Below, piece after piece: positions 1 to 17,650 of a stretch of DNA of 64,000 nt; the first letter of the stretch is position 1; each line of letters starts with the position of its first letter. The stretch lies in assembly GCA_964016885.1 (NCBI GenBank), contig OZ024745.1, positions 39,308,001 through 39,372,000 of the forward strand, in the 5' to 3' direction. A program made the position numbers and the translations under genes. The stretch comes from Eledone cirrhosa. Lineage: Eukaryota. Under the pieces are notes generated by a model, which was not told where the DNA came from, made no database searches, and worked only from the letters and a program-made list of their open reading frames with translations.

Positions 1-3
1 TGT

Positions 4-94
<91 letters not shown>

Positions 95-142
95 TATTTA
101 TTATTTATATATACACGCATATATAGAGATACATACATACAT

Positions 143-181
<39 letters not shown>

Positions 182-190
182 GTGTGTGTG
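1..190. repeat. (TA)n/(CA)n compound microsatellite
   Basis: Directly visible dinucleotide runs. Confidence 0.9.
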
Positions 191-699
191 AATAGTCTCA
201 TGCATATATAGAGCAACATATACATCACACTTGTGTTGATATACACGATATATGAACAAATAACTCCTAGTTTTATGTATTTAATTATTTCCGTTTAATC
301 AAAATTATTTCCGAATAATTCTTGATATTTTACAGTGTTTATATATGTTTCTAAAATTCCCGAAGACAAATCTATTTCCCGATGAAAATAACACTGAAAT
401 AAACATATACATATTCACCACCATCATAAAAAAAAGTTTAATGCAAGACATATTTACCTGATACAATATTTCTATAAAGAATAAATTGCAATGAATAAAA
501 GTTAAGTATGGTATAAATACACGCTTAACTCTTCATCGGAAGTGAAATTCTTTTTCACAAATTAAATTGTACAAAAGATTAGCACGTGTGCATATATATC
601 TGTTTATGTTGTTAGAGAATAATTCTGGTACTGTTCTGAAACTGTGAGAGTGCATGTCAAAAGGCAGTGTTCTCTACATAATAACATTATTCTTTCTCA

Positions 700-1778
700 C
701 ATTCTCTAACCTTCACAGAGTAAGAGAAGGTTTTCTACAATGTAGACAAAGAGAGACACTGTGGAAGATACTGATGCACTACGGAGTGGCCGGGAAGAAT
801 GTCTTCCTGATCCGGTGTACTTGAGCTGTTAAATTGCCTAAGACCTCCAAGAGTCTCGAGTTGAAAACCAAAAGGGAAGTCACTGCGGGTTGTTGCTGAC
901 ACGATTCCTCTTCCTGCCGTTCATTTACTGGATAATATAACTGACAGAACTAATGGTATACATTGGACATCCTGGACACAAATGGATGACCTCGAATTTG
1001 CTAATTACCTGACACACAATTACAACCAGATACAGGACCAGATCACTATCTTATATATCACGTCAAGAAGGACTGGGCTCAAGATAAACAAGAAAACATC
1101 GGAGCTGATGAATATCAACAACACTGCCACCACAGTAGTCACAGTTGGTGGAGAGTCCATCAGAGATGTGGAGTCATTTGTCTACCTGGGAAGCGTGGTT
1201 GTTTGACGTGGGGGTACCGACTGAGACGTCACAACCAGGATTGACAATAGAAGAGCAGCTTTTATCATACTCAATAACGACTGGTCATCCAAAGTGATCT
1301 GCCCAAGAACCAAACTTCCCATCTTCAACTCCAGCGTAAAGTTGTGAAACTTGGAGGACAATAAAGAACATACAGCAGCAGATCCAGACAATACCTGTCT
1401 TTAATACCTGTATGAGGTGTATCTACAGCATGAAATTCCAGGAGAATATCAGAAACTATGATCTGTCGAAGTGAGCGAGACAGGAACCAGTGGCAAACCA
1501 AATTATGTGGGAAAAGTGGAGCAGGATTGGACATAGTCTCAGGAAACCAACATCTGACACCGAACGTCAATCCCTGACCTGTAATCCGCAGGATAAGAGG
1601 AAGTGAAGTGGGGCCCGCGGCATTTGGATACGTGACACTGAGGCTGAATTATGAAAAATTGCAGACAACTGGAGTGAGCGGCGTGAACAGCCCAGGGCGG
1701 TGTACGATGATGGCGCCTCATCAACGGTCTATGCTTCACAGTGAGTGATGGGGCTGAATGAATATACGAATGAATGAA
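700..1778 (+). mobile_element. Decayed RTE-clade LINE 3' fragment (RT C-terminus, (TGAA)n tail)
   Basis: 982..1206 reads DDLEFA...GLKINKKT...VESFVYLGSVV, matching LINE RT 'DLDFADD...GLKIN..KT...F.YLGS' motifs. Many stops and frameshifts; ends in gaatgaat repeats at ~1755-1778. Confidence 0.8.
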
Positions 1779-3155
1779 ATATGATAGTCCAAAGGTTGAA
1801 TTCCAGAGTATCGTACAGGTTTCAATACTTCATGGATTTAACTAGTATAAATTATAATTTTTTTAGAAAAAGCAAGCAAGGATTGGGTAGAAGTATTTAT
1901 AGAGATCTAATATATAATGTAGTACGTGTGTCACCGACGAACGTGTTTTTTGTCTACGAGAGCTAAATAGAGATATGTTTTCTATTCATTCACTCGCATT
2001 GCAGCTGTTACTGGTGACTCCTCACAGAAAAAGAATAAACAATACTTTTTGTGTATTAGCGTAGAAGGGAAAATTATATAGATAGTATTTCAAGTATTTT
2101 GTATTATTGTCCAAAGAGGACACATTTTGGTAATGGGAGTATGTGTTGTGGTGAAAAGAAAGAGGCTTTAAATTAATTAACTGTTGTAGAATATAGTTGC
2201 CTAATTCAGATAAAGGGGATTTTGAAACGGAAGGTTTGGCCCCAGTCAACGAAGATACATTTACAGCGAAATCGGTGTGCAGGTGTGCTTGTAAAAGGCC
2301 GCACGCAGCCCACAGACTGCATGCGTGGCATACCTGGTTTAAGAAAGTATAGGTTAATTAGTCTTATCTAATATGTTATATGGAGGATTTTACAATAGGC
2401 ATGATACGATTTGAGTTCCTCCGAGTAGTTTTTATTCTAAAATTATCAATTGTTTCAATTGGTATCTGTTACGAATTTATGTACGAAGGATTGTGTGTGC
2501 GTGATGTGTTCATCCCAGTTAAGAGGGGAAGGAGTCCGGGAAGTTGGTGTATATATATATATATATTTCTTAAATAACGTAGTTATTTCATATATTATGT
2601 GTTCTTATTCTGGTAACGGTCACACAGGAATTTTCTTTCTCCGAACAATAAAGTAAGTAATAATTACATATAAAACCAATTAAATCGACTGGAGGATGCG
2701 TAAGTAATGTTTGGCTAAATGCCAACTTTAGAAATCGATAATTTTGTTTTTCATATACTATTTTCATCCCGGATACATCGACAATATTGCTATCACAAAT
2801 CTGTAGCTTTGTTTCTATCCTTGTGATGCCAAGACTGACTGCATAGTTCCGGAAGTCCTGTGAGTGACAGAAAAATATATTTACCTCTATTTACCTTTTT
2901 AAATCAACTCCCCTTTACTTCCACCTTATACTTTTCTCGGCCGGGGTTTATAATGTAGTATCTAGCTAACTTAAATAAAACGTTCATTCTTACAGAGATG
3001 AATCATTATTTTTAATGAATGAATAAAATAATTGTTCATCATGTCCTCGTTTGACTTATCTGTCTGAAACCTTCGGATGTTCAATCGAATCGCTGAATTA
3101 TATAATCTTCTTAAATGTATGACCTGTAAACTGAAGATTTTATGTCCATATATAT

Positions 3156-3345
3156 AATTAATTGTTTCTACTTTTGGCATAAGGCCAGCAATTACCTAGT
3201 GTATTACTGGTACTTTATTTTATCGACCCCGTAACGACGAAAGGCAAAGTTAACCTCGGCAGGATTTGAACTCACATCGTAAAGGGACGTAACTACGCTG
3301 GAAAGCATGTCTGACCCTCTACCAATACTGCCAATTCACCGTCCC
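3156..3345 (-). mobile_element. tRNA-derived SINE (same family as the 26-27 kb array)
   Basis: Reverse complement contains the B-box-like GAGTTCAAATCC, then gccgaggttaactttgcctttc...gtcgataaaataaagtaccag...ggccttatgccaaaagtagaaac, as in the copies at 26055-27153. Confidence 0.8.
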
Positions 3346-6012
3346 TATATATAATTAATATTAGTATTAGATATCAGTTAGAGCACGTACGTAATTAGAT
3401 TACGTTGGTCAAAATAGTTCATGAGTATCATCACACAATATCGCCTGATATATGCATCAATTTCTGAAATTGCATATTGTCTGTGTATCTCTTCTTTGAA
3501 TACGGGCAGTAGAATTATGGTATAATGAATAGATTTTAAATTAAATATACAATAACTGCACCTGAGTTCATTCTTCACTGCAGACGGATTTACAAATGTT
3601 TTTCGATGATGTTATTGTAATCATTGAAGGCCTACTGTTCATTAATTCATTCAACATAAATACAAGTTTCTTTAGGCACCACTAGAATACACTAGGTCAA
3701 ATATTTGTTTAATCAGGGCAAGCAGGTGACTAAACATCAACTATCTTTAGCGGCTGTATATCACATTTGGAAGGCTTTGAATTTTGAGAGTCATTTCTAG
3801 TTTTCCCTTCTGCTTAGTATGTTGGTTTCTTTCTGTTAACTTCTATAAAAGTCGGCAAACAGACATGGAAAAATAAAGCATTTCCCTTCATTTTATATCC
3901 AATACAAGGCTATAGAATATATGTTTCGGGCGAAGAATAAGAAGTGATATTTATTAGGATGGTAGCGTATTTCGAGGAAGAATTCATTGTAATATAGAGC
4001 AGAATAGTAGGCCTTTGAACTATTGGTTATAAAACAAAATATTAATACAAGGATTGAATGAATTCTTAAATGAAGAAGAAATAAATGTTTTTAGTCATTA
4101 ATCTTATTTTATTTAACACCTCGCTATATTAGTTATTTCAACACTTGACTATTTTGTGGATGGTAGCAATTGCACTTTTTATACAATAAACGTCAATTTG
4201 CTTTTTTGATCTGATCTCCATAGCTTCCACCAACGAGGCTTCTAACTGTTTCGATAATAAAACAGCCTGCTTACGTGACCCGCAAGTAGTTGGGCATTCC
4301 TCATAAACATGCATACTTAAGGAGATTCTCGTATAAATTTACCCCGAGAAAGTTACTTGTTTGAATTACAGTAAGGACACTGATGTACCAGATAGGTCGA
4401 ACGAAATAACGTGAAATAATACCCCAACCAACGACTGAGTGCTGACCATCCCAACCTCTTAGATATGCGTCTTCAAAGGTTTCACTTTATTGCAGTTTAT
4501 ATCGCCATTTTTCCAGTATTCATTCTATTTTAAATTATATGTGCAACACGTTTAATGGTATAGAAACGCATGTACATCACTACATCTAGTTTACTAAACC
4601 TTAAATATTTCCTCATTAATTCAGTTGTTAGAAACAAAGAATGACATTAAACACCTGTCCGATTTGTATAATTATTAGCATTGCATAATTATTTTCAATT
4701 TGCCTTAATTATTCTATAATTATTTGCATTGTTTTAATTTACAAATATTTCCTTTAATTGTAGCTATGTGTGTTATTTTTTAAAATAAAAATAAAAAAAT
4801 CGATTCTCGGAATTAAAAGAAAAATATAATGATGACAAATAAGATTCCCTGGACATAGTACAATGTTTAATTATATAGAAGCAATTAACATAAATTCTTA
4901 TTTAAAAATTTAGGTGTTGGAATTAATTTTGTGAATAGTCACTTTCTTTTAATACATTGATTTCTTGTTGTTGTTTTTTATTTGTTTTGTTTTCATTTTT
5001 GTTGCAAGTTATGTTTCGTACAAACTTGCAAAACGTGAAACAAAATTTCTTTCAGTTTTGCCTGGTTATAACAATTCATTTAATGATATTACTTAAATGT
5101 GAAATGCTAACTCCTGCAATGTTAAATATACAGCCCACCAACCAAACTTATATTCTGGAATGATGAATTGCTTGATAATATGAACAATCCGTCTGTCATT
5201 CTCCCGCATTTATATCAACTTAATGCTAATGAGTTTTCTTAGTAATTTAAACATAAGATTAGGTTGTAATGCTGAGTATCTTTGCAAATTCACCCACATT
5301 GGTAAGATTGAAGGATTTGATGTTAATGTTAAACATATATAAGTATATGTTGGAAAAACGTGCGTGGCATGGAAATATCAGTAGGTTATTATCTAAGGAA
5401 TAATGGGTAACACCAAGTTTTTAGTCGAATTTGTTGGCAGAACTAATGTTAATGGGAATAGCGATGCGTATGTAAATAGGATGCTAGCCTAGTCAGATGA
5501 GATAAAATGTTTATTTAACAATCATTATTAACAAAAATGATTATTCGGGGGAAATCCCATGCGTTTCCGAGACTTAACACTGTTATATAATGGCCTAGTA
5601 TTTTCTGTAGGGTTATAAAATGAGTTTTATGTTATTCCGATGAATGTACATTACAAGTGTCAGGTTTATATTAGTGGTGGGATATAGGGGTAACGTTGAC
5701 TTTAGAGCAACACATTGTCTGAATGTTTTCATAACAATGTATTCCGCTAAATTATTGCTGACAAAGTATGGACTACTAGAAATTCCTGTGTCTAACCCGA
5801 GGGCACCTCGGTGGCGCAAATGAGTTTTAGATTACAATTAAGGTGGGATTTTGGTCTCTGCCTGCATATAATACTTCGAATTTTGCTTTATGTAAAAGAA
5901 ATCCCAATATTTCCAATCCCTAAAATCTATCCTTCCAAATATTCACTCTATGTGGTTTAGAATTTCTGCATCACAAACATTTGCTGAAAACACACACACG
6001 AACAAATATGTA

Positions 6013-6069
<57 letters not shown>

Positions 6070-6074
<5 letters not shown>

Positions 6075-6261
6075 AGTAAGTAAGACCCCGACGGCTGAGC
6101 TCAAGCCGTTTCGACGGCTAATTCTGTACTGAATTAGCCGTCGAAACGGCTTGAGCTCAGCCGTCGGGGTCTTACTTACTCCTATTACCCACTCTACTAC
6201 CCTAAGTATTGAGTACTTTGGTGCGTTATGGTCCACCTGGTTCCTTACCACTTTTCGGTCG
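6070..6261 (+). mobile_element. Fold-back mini-element family A (PLE pLTR end): 55-bp inverted arms plus ~76-nt unique tail, in (TA)n
   Basis: 6070-6124 is the reverse complement of 6131-6185. Tail tacccactctactaccctaagtattgagtac...cttaccac is shared with five other copies in the window. Confidence 0.85.
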
Positions 6262-6282
6262 CTATATATATATATAGATATA

Positions 6283-6700
6283 TCATAAATCATGTCCTTA
6301 GAATTATTAGATAAAATATATACCAATTCCTCTTCCAATTAGCATAATTAACCATATAAAAAAATCAATTAGACCAAGCTATAAGAAGAAAGGCTCTTAT
6401 GAAGAAATCTCCGACAAATAGCCGAAAGTGGCCTCTTCGCGGTGGCCCCAATAGAGTATTTATCCAACATTTCGACAGCATGTGGAAACTGACTAAATAT
6501 ATCATCAACCATACACAATTAGGTGTAAAATTAAACTTAGAAGAAATGTGTACATACCTTAATTATATCTAATTAATTGGAAGAGGAATTGGTATATATT
6601 TTATCTAATAATTCTAAGGACATGACTTATGATATATTGCTCTGATTATTTAATTTATTAATCCTTCATAAAGCTTAAAAGTGACCGGTTGCAACATATA
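6283..6700 (+). mobile_element. Fold-back element family B (PLE pLTR derivative)
   Basis: 6283-6342 is inverted at 6573-6632. 6283-6570 is homologous to 58438-58712. Flanked by TA runs. Confidence 0.75.
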
Positions 6701-6758
6701 TATCTATAACTTTATGTATATGTAAACCTTTATATATATATATAAATATATATATATA

Positions 6759-6834
6759 ACCCACTCTACTAACCTAAGTATTGAGTACATTGGTGCGTTC
6801 TGGTCCACCTGGTTCCTTGCCACATTTCCTTCGT
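6759..6834 (+). mobile_element. Family A tail-only copy
   Basis: acccactctactaacctaagtattgagtacattggtgcgttctggtccacctggttcc between TA runs. Confidence 0.8.
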
Positions 6835-6865
<31 letters not shown>

Positions 6866-7119
6866 GCATGTATATATGTATATATATATATATATACATG
6901 TATATATATATATATATATATGCATATATATATATATATATATACATGTATATATATATATGCATATATATATATATATATACATGTATATATATATGTA
7001 TATATATATATATATATACATGTATATATATATATATATATACATGTATATATATATATATATATATGCATGTATATATATATTTATATATGCATACATA
7101 CACACACACATCCACACAC

Positions 7120-7162
<43 letters not shown>
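6835..7162. repeat. (TA)n-rich compound microsatellite
   Basis: Directly visible. Confidence 0.9.
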
Positions 7163-7165
<3 letters not shown>

Positions 7166-7700
7166 CAGTCGAAAAATGTAATAATACATATTTCGCCTGT
7201 GTGTATGATTCTATAGAATGGCGGCATTGATATCCTAGTTTACTTTCATGTTTTGATTATGTAAGAAATCAATATCTTTCATTATAACCGCACGCATAAA
7301 AATAAAATATAGCAATCAGGTGGCAGATTTTAATAATCACGGCAAATGTTGGTGATATATTACCAACTACAGGTAGACAGATCTAGCTTGTTGTCTGTTA
7401 AGAAAAAGTGAGGTCGAGAAAGAAAACGTGATAATCAGAGTGAGTGCGCAAGTGAGATTAGAGATTTAGCATCATTTGATTTTTCTCTTCTATTGAAGCC
7501 AATGAAATTTTTTAATCTGACACACGAAAGGTTAATGTTATTCTCTCTCATCAATATAGTACAATAACTTACCAGAAATAAAAGCAAACACATATAGCCC
7601 CACATTCATTATTTATATATATATATATATATATATATGGGGGGATATATGTGTGTGGGGTGTGTATATATATATGCGTGTGTGTGTATATATGTGTGTG

Positions 7701-7760
<60 letters not shown>

Positions 7761-7781
7761 ATATATGTATATACATACACC

Positions 7782-9256
<1,475 letters not shown>

Positions 9257-9339
9257 TATATATATATATATAAATATATATATAAATATATATACGTACA
9301 TATATAAAATAGCTCTAGCAAAAAGATTTTTCCGAGCCG

Positions 9340-9375
<36 letters not shown>

Positions 9376-9419
9376 TAATTTCAACAATGTCAATTATCAT
9401 TGGTTCATAGATTTCAAAC

Positions 9420-9962
9420 GACTCAGCCCACCTCCACCACGCCAAACTTAAATTAATATGCATAATGCCAACGAGGGAGTGATATGGGAGAGTAAGAAAC
9501 AGAGAGGCAAAGTGAACGCTGATACAATTACCATGTGTGTGTGTGTATGTACGTGCGCCTATGTTTATGTGTGTGTGCGTGCGTGCAGCGTTCCACAGAA
9601 AGTAAAAGCAATTCGACTATATCAAACAGTGAACTACAGTGGTGACGGAGTGCAGCCAGGAATGAAGAAAATTGGGCCGAATAGCGCCATCGGAACGCCG
9701 AACTTCAGAGCGAAGACGTGCCGCCATGAATGAAGAGGAGCTGGCTGAACAACGCCAACGAAACACTGGAGCCAAGCAGAGACGGCGTGCTGCGATTGTT
9801 GAAGACGAACAGGCTGATCATCATCTTTTTATATTAATTATCTATATCTACATATAATATAAAAGATTGAGAAACGTGGAACAACCACGTCTATGCAATG
9901 ATACACGTTTTACTGTCAGGCAGAAGATGAACCATCTCATAGAGGTTACTATTCAAGGTGGG
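9420..9962 (+). mobile_element. Internally deleted Helitron remnant (RepHel N-terminal R/E-rich repeat plus PIF1 helicase piece)
   Basis: 9867-9962 translates LRNVEQPRLCNDTRFTVRQKMNHLIEVTIQGG, matching the Helitron/PIF1 motif LRNL..P.LCNGTRL.V......IEA.I..G. 9672-9830 encodes ERRRAAMNEEELAEQRQRNTGAKQRRRA. Outer boundaries are uncertain. Confidence 0.7.
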
Positions 9963-10116
9963 AGCACCTAGAATTGTTCATATACTATGTACAAACGTAC
10001 AACGAAGAATCTGTTATATTTGGAAGATTTTTGTTACTGTTTATTTGTATCACACAGACACCACGGACTCGCCTCATACTGCAACCAGACAAACATCCAT
10101 ATATATATATATATAT

Positions 10117-10269
10117 ATAGGAAAATGTTAAAACCCGACGGCAGAGCTCAAGCAGATTGAGCTCTGCCGTTGGGGTTTAACATGTTCCTATTACCTACTC
10201 TACTACCCTAAGTATTGAGTACTCTGGTGCGTTATGGTCCATCTGGTTCCTTACCACAATTCCTTCGTT
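10117..10269 (+). mobile_element. Fold-back family A copy with a shorter hairpin
   Basis: ggaaaatgttaaaacccgacggcagagctcaa-gcaga-ttgagctctgccgttggggtttaacatgttcc followed by the family A tail. Confidence 0.8.
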
Positions 10270-10409
10270 ATATATATATATACAATACATATATATATAT
10301 ATATATACAATACATACACTCGATGTTTAGGTTCACTTCTGTAATGAGGTGTAGAGCTCAACAGAATGTAGTATAATAAAATAAAACAAGGACGAGTGCT
10401 CACTCCTTC

Positions 10410-10480
10410 ATTACGTTTATTAGTTGGCGACGCGCGTTTCGCCACCGATCAGCACAAGGTCGGGCTAGATCAATACAAAT
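10410..10480 (-). ncRNA. 3' half of a hammerhead-like motif in a probable pLTR remnant
   Basis: Minus strand reads ggtggc GAAA CGCGCG TC gccaac taataaa (palindromic stem III, GUC triplet, poly(A) signal). No intact CUGANGA found upstream. Confidence 0.4.
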
Positions 10481-11539
10481 CAAACTTAGGACCGATTTCT
10501 TTGGTACCTGTAGACACCTTAGGGCGATATCCTTCCAAACCCACTCCATATACATATCTCTCCTCCCTGTCCTCTCGTCTAGAATAGCAATTTTAAAACC
10601 ACACTTATCTAGCAGCTAGAACCGCTGTGGTCCCCCTTCTCTCTCACTTCCATAACTAAAACCCAAGTTAGCGGACACTAGATAATTAGCGAAGCAACTT
10701 ACGTCGGTGGAGTCCTGCCCTTTCTGCAACCAGGCACACCACCATTCCGACCACCTGGCATCACCACCACACCACGGCTTGTGATCCGATTATCCAAATG
10801 ATATGCCACATCAAACTTGAACCCTTTCGCACGCAAAAGTCAGTACTAACTACTACAAGTTAATAGGACCCACCTATTAATTCTCTACCCACCCCATGAG
10901 GGTAGATTTGTCTCTGCGTCTGTGTATCCGCATATGTGCATATATGTTTTGTATGTATGCGTGCATGTGTGTGTACGGATGTGTGAGAATGTGTGGATGT
11001 GGATTGGTGAATGCTCTCATCCATGTTCTTATACATGTGTACACGTTTGCGAGTGTGTACTAAATGTCTAAAATACGGATTGTAATGTTTTAACACAGAG
11101 ATTTTATTTGTTTTAGCACACTCACAATTCTTTAGCATCTTCCACTATAAGACCGAGGGGTAGAGAGAAGCACTGAACTCTATCAGTCTACATACATAAA
11201 TTCTTCTTGACAACACGACAAGGTATTGTAGTTGACCGGCTAACTAATCTGCTCACACCACTACCACTACGACACAGTGAAGTAGGTGAACCGGACTAGA
11301 ACATGCAGTTAAAAGGAATAATAAGAGGCTGACCTCTTTCTAAAGAATTTCAGTAGATTTCGGCTGGGGAAGGTATGATATCTGACCAATGAGCCGGGGG
11401 CATTTCCTTTGGGCACTGAAATTCGTTCATTCTTAAACATATGCCTCCAGTTCCTTAGAGGATCAACAACACACCCAGGAGCTTGGCATATCAGTAGATT
11501 AACACGGTAATATCTATTACAACATCATGTTTTCCTGTT

Positions 11540-11760
11540 TTTTTTCTGTTTAAATTCTTACTGACTGATGAGGTCATATCTGTTGAATAATGGCTATCAC
11601 TGAATTATATATAGCAGCGAATGTAAATAAACGAAGCCAATTGTACCCTATTGACCTACACTTCTTATTTTTACATTACCCCGGAGTAAACAAACCAACC
11701 TGCGCACCTCGTTGAGTGCTTCAACTTGCATGTTGACGTGTCGGTAAACAACAAACGCAT
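11540..11760 (+). mobile_element. Diverged family C pLTR end with degenerate hammerhead
   Basis: ctgaCTGATGAggtca...tcactGAATtatatatagcag...aataaacgaagccaa...ccggagtaaac...gcgcacctcgttgagtgct aligns to 27601-27790. Confidence 0.65.
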
Positions 11761-11934
11761 TTTATGTCTATATAGTATCACCTTCTCCTAATTATACTCC
11801 TTCCTGTTAATGTTTTAACCTTTTAATTTGTTAGCTTCCATTGATTCATTCGTTACTGACTAAGGGCATCAAGGTACATAACCACCTGTAATTGCATGGG
11901 TATACATGTATCTATGTATGTATGATAATAGAAT

Positions 11935-13915
<1,981 letters not shown>

Positions 13916-14885
13916 TTTAATGGAGTATCTATGTAATTATACCTCTATCTATATATGTGAGTATATGTACTTTTGTAATCTAAGAAAATTATGCGTTTTG
14001 GCTATATGTCAACATGCATTTATCTGGGATTGATTACTTATAAATAGAGCCACTTGAAAATATTTACTATTCTATATTTTATGATACATCATACGCTATA
14101 CTATACTATATACAATCTACCATAATGCACTATATTATATTACATTATATTATATTATTATATTATTGTATTTTAATATTTTTATTATAATTTTCATCTT
14201 TTAATATACTATCCTTCCTAGTTATGACCATTACTTTACCTATCTATATTTATCCTAGTTATTTCCTTATAGTTTATATTTCCTTATTTATATTCACCTA
14301 AATACTCCATACAACACAACTCAACATATAATTTGTACATCCCTTTTTAAACTTCACTCCACCATCTACATTCCACTATCAATACAACGATCTCTTTTCT
14401 TCATAGGTGCTTCATAGTAATTCTATTTTTAACACCATTCAACCATTCCTTTCTAAAGTAAGTTATATTTCGTCTTAACATCATATGGCAAAACACCATT
14501 TGATTGGTTTGTTCTTCAGCTGCCTCCAAATAAGGTCATAGAACTCAATTTACTCTTGATGTTGATTACAATTTTCATTGCTTTTGACAACGGCTGACGA
14601 TATACACGTAGGTAAACATATTCCATATTTGATATGTTGTAACTTCCCTTACATAGATTGAGAACGAAATATGCGTATTATCACCTAAAACGATCGTAAA
14701 GCAGTGAATTATATTCCTAATGACTTGAATTTTTATTTCATTCTTTTAACTTATACAATGACTCTGTTTTCCTTTTGATGTCTTATTGTTTTCCGGGATT
14801 TATTTTAACCTACAACAATTTCAACATATGGATTACATTGAGTTCTTCATGCTGCAGGCTAGACCCCACAACTAACCGTGGATAT

Positions 14886-14935
<50 letters not shown>

Positions 14936-15054
14936 GATAAAAAGTCATCGTTATAGATAATCCGGTTAGAGTACTCTACGTCGTGGAAGGATATATATAT
15001 ATATAAATATATACATAAACTTAGTTGCACCGAGAAAATAACAAAGCAAATCCG

Positions 15055-15159
<105 letters not shown>

Positions 15160-15329
15160 GTTTAGAATGTGTCCGTTTTCTACTTTCCTGTGTACTCTCA
15201 GTTCGTTTGACCATCACCTGTTTGTAGAGTGTAAATAAGTGTTCTTATGTATTTACTGAGCACAATCTGATGGATTGTTTTCTAAACTATATAATCGGAT
15301 ATTACGATTTTGCTAAACATATTTCATTA

Positions 15330-15800
15330 AAAGGTATAACTCTTGACCATAATCCTATCTCATTTATTCCCACCGAGCCTAATATTTACAGCTGTGATGA
15401 ATCTTATTTAAAACATAATTTCACGAAAAAAAAAAAGAAAAACAAACTTTTAATCTAAAGAATATCTAATATTACACACCCATACAACTAAACCTACCTA
15501 TTTGACTAAAGGACAAATGAATAAAACACTGCTTACAAAATTACCCTAATATACAAAGTAAACAACAGCATAAGTCACTAAAACGTTACTAACAAAAGTA
15601 AAGATGCAAATATGAATTAACGAGCCTCTATGGAAAAATGCAACCGAACTAACTGTGCGGTGTGAAACTATCTCTTAGACGGACACACATTCAACATCAA
15701 TGATGGTCCCATTTTCAAAATTAAAAACGACTTCTCGGGCCACTCATAAAATGTAATATATATTATAACAAGGGCAGCTACAAACACTGTATTGCCCGAT
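15330..15800 (+). pseudogene. Decayed PLE linker/endonuclease fragment
   Basis: KQQHKSLK/LLTKVK...KCNRTNCAV*NYL...FKIKNDFSGHS*NVIYIIT parallels SKRQQKKLKQLLTKAK...KYNDNRCGTC...NMNCKSRNLIYCIKC of the 53-55 kb ORF. Confidence 0.65.
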
Positions 15801-16184
15801 ATTCAAAAAATAACCATCAATATCCAAGTGAAAGTTAGGGTTACCGTGAAAGAGAGACGTAAACTAATATAAAATCTAATTAACTATTTTAGATATTATT
15901 TCGTATATACAACGAAATAATATTGTATGAGAATCTATATAGTTAAATTTATTATTGGATAATCTATATGTACAAATAACAGCTATTTGTGTGTCTGGCC
16001 TAGTACTCTGTGCTAGTACTCATAAATGAGCAATAGCATATCATATATAGTATTATCACCACCTCCCTCTCCCCTCCATCGAAAATGCAATTTATTTTGT
16101 TAAACTGAATTTTACAGGTTTCTTTTCTACTAACTGAATTATTTTGCTGTCACATATAGACAGGCTTTTTAATATCCATAAACA

Positions 16185-16385
16185 ATTCTAATTGAGGTAG
16201 GTCACCAGCCTGTTGGCAGTGTTAAGTCGATTATATTGACCTAGTACTAGAGTGGTACTTTATTTCATAGACTTTGAAAAGAGGAACAGCAAAGTTGACC
16301 CCCAAGGACACAAGTGAATAAGTGATAACTAAACACCGCAAAACATTTTTTTCTGTCTCGCTCCCCAATCTGTACACCCACCACC
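16185..16385 (-). mobile_element. Diverged tRNA-derived SINE
   Basis: gtcgattatattgacc..gtactagagtggtactttattt...gcaaagttgacc matches the 3156-3345 family. Confidence 0.6.
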
Positions 16386-17596
16386 CTGTTTACACATACA
16401 TAAGGACAGCGGATTATTACTGATAGTGAAAATTTGGCCCCACCCTACCAAATTTAATCAATAAGTATTCCACCAAAGTATAATATTATTTTAGGTCGAA
16501 TCTGAGGTTGAAAAACATGGAATATATTATATTATGTTTAACATGTTTTACCGCCGACATCTATCTCAAAATATTCTCCAGCTAGATGTCAGGTCTTCTC
16601 ACTGAAATAAGAATATTAAAGTAATTAAATATTCCTAACATTCTAATATCAATAAATCTAATTAATATAGAGGTATTTCAGCCTATACGAATTGCAAATA
16701 AATGTATTCTATTTAAGCTACTTATTTTACATTTCGAATAAGAAATGAAATAAGACGACAAACTATCAAGCAAAATTAAGGGAAGCCTTAGTACAATTGT
16801 GTACACCAATTCCTTCTAATAATGTTTAATTAAACATAATTTATTTGCTGCGCGTATGTAACATTAACGTATTTACCTCTATATCTCATAAAATTCAGAT
16901 ATTCTCGTTTGCAAAATTGTCTAAAATTTAGCATATATCAATGTAAGTTTTATGTATTCATTTCATACCAAAATTCATTTAGGTTTCTATATCGATGTTT
17001 CGGAAAATTAAATGCAAACATAAGATATAATCATACCAACAGTACCATATCTGCATACGAAGCAAATTACTTTCTCACTTTAATGTCTTCTCGCAATTTT
17101 GAATCTGAGAAGAAGTCAACAAATATCGTGACTTCATTCGTTATTTCTGTAATGAATTCTTATGTTCGCTCTTTAGTAATTTCATCTGATTACCTTATCC
17201 TTGTCTTTTGAAATATCGGATGGCAAAATTTAACCTCGGTAACAACACACAAATATTTATTCAAAAGACTATAAAAAATGTCCAAACAACTGTTAATGAT
17301 GAATAAATTCACTACGTCGGATTTTCAGAGGGGGGTAAACTTCATTCAAATTTTAAAAACTTGTGTACTTCTAAATGCATTTAAAAACAATATATCATTA
17401 CAACCGTTAATAATTTTACTACATGACAGGTGAACGCAGTAGGTGCTTCTTGGTTCCAGACTCCCTTTCAATTATATATATATATATTTATTTATTTATT
17501 ATAAGAACAGAATAATGTTTAAGCAAAGAATCACTGGTTTCACCCTTAACGAGCTCTCTTCGGATTTTCGTCTTCACATTTATTATTACTATATAT

Positions 17597-17650
<54 letters not shown>

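Noticed and set aside
2022-2249. Minus ORF loosely resembling PLE RT 'RPI...SP...L..YI...L.PL'
   Set aside because: Similarity is weak, with no flanking RT motifs.
15663-15665. TGA at a conserved zinc-finger Cys (CNRTNCAV*), reminiscent of selenocysteine-using PLEs
   Set aside because: The fragment also has a TAA stop, frameshifts and other lost cysteines, and no SECIS is evident. Ordinary decay is the simpler explanation.
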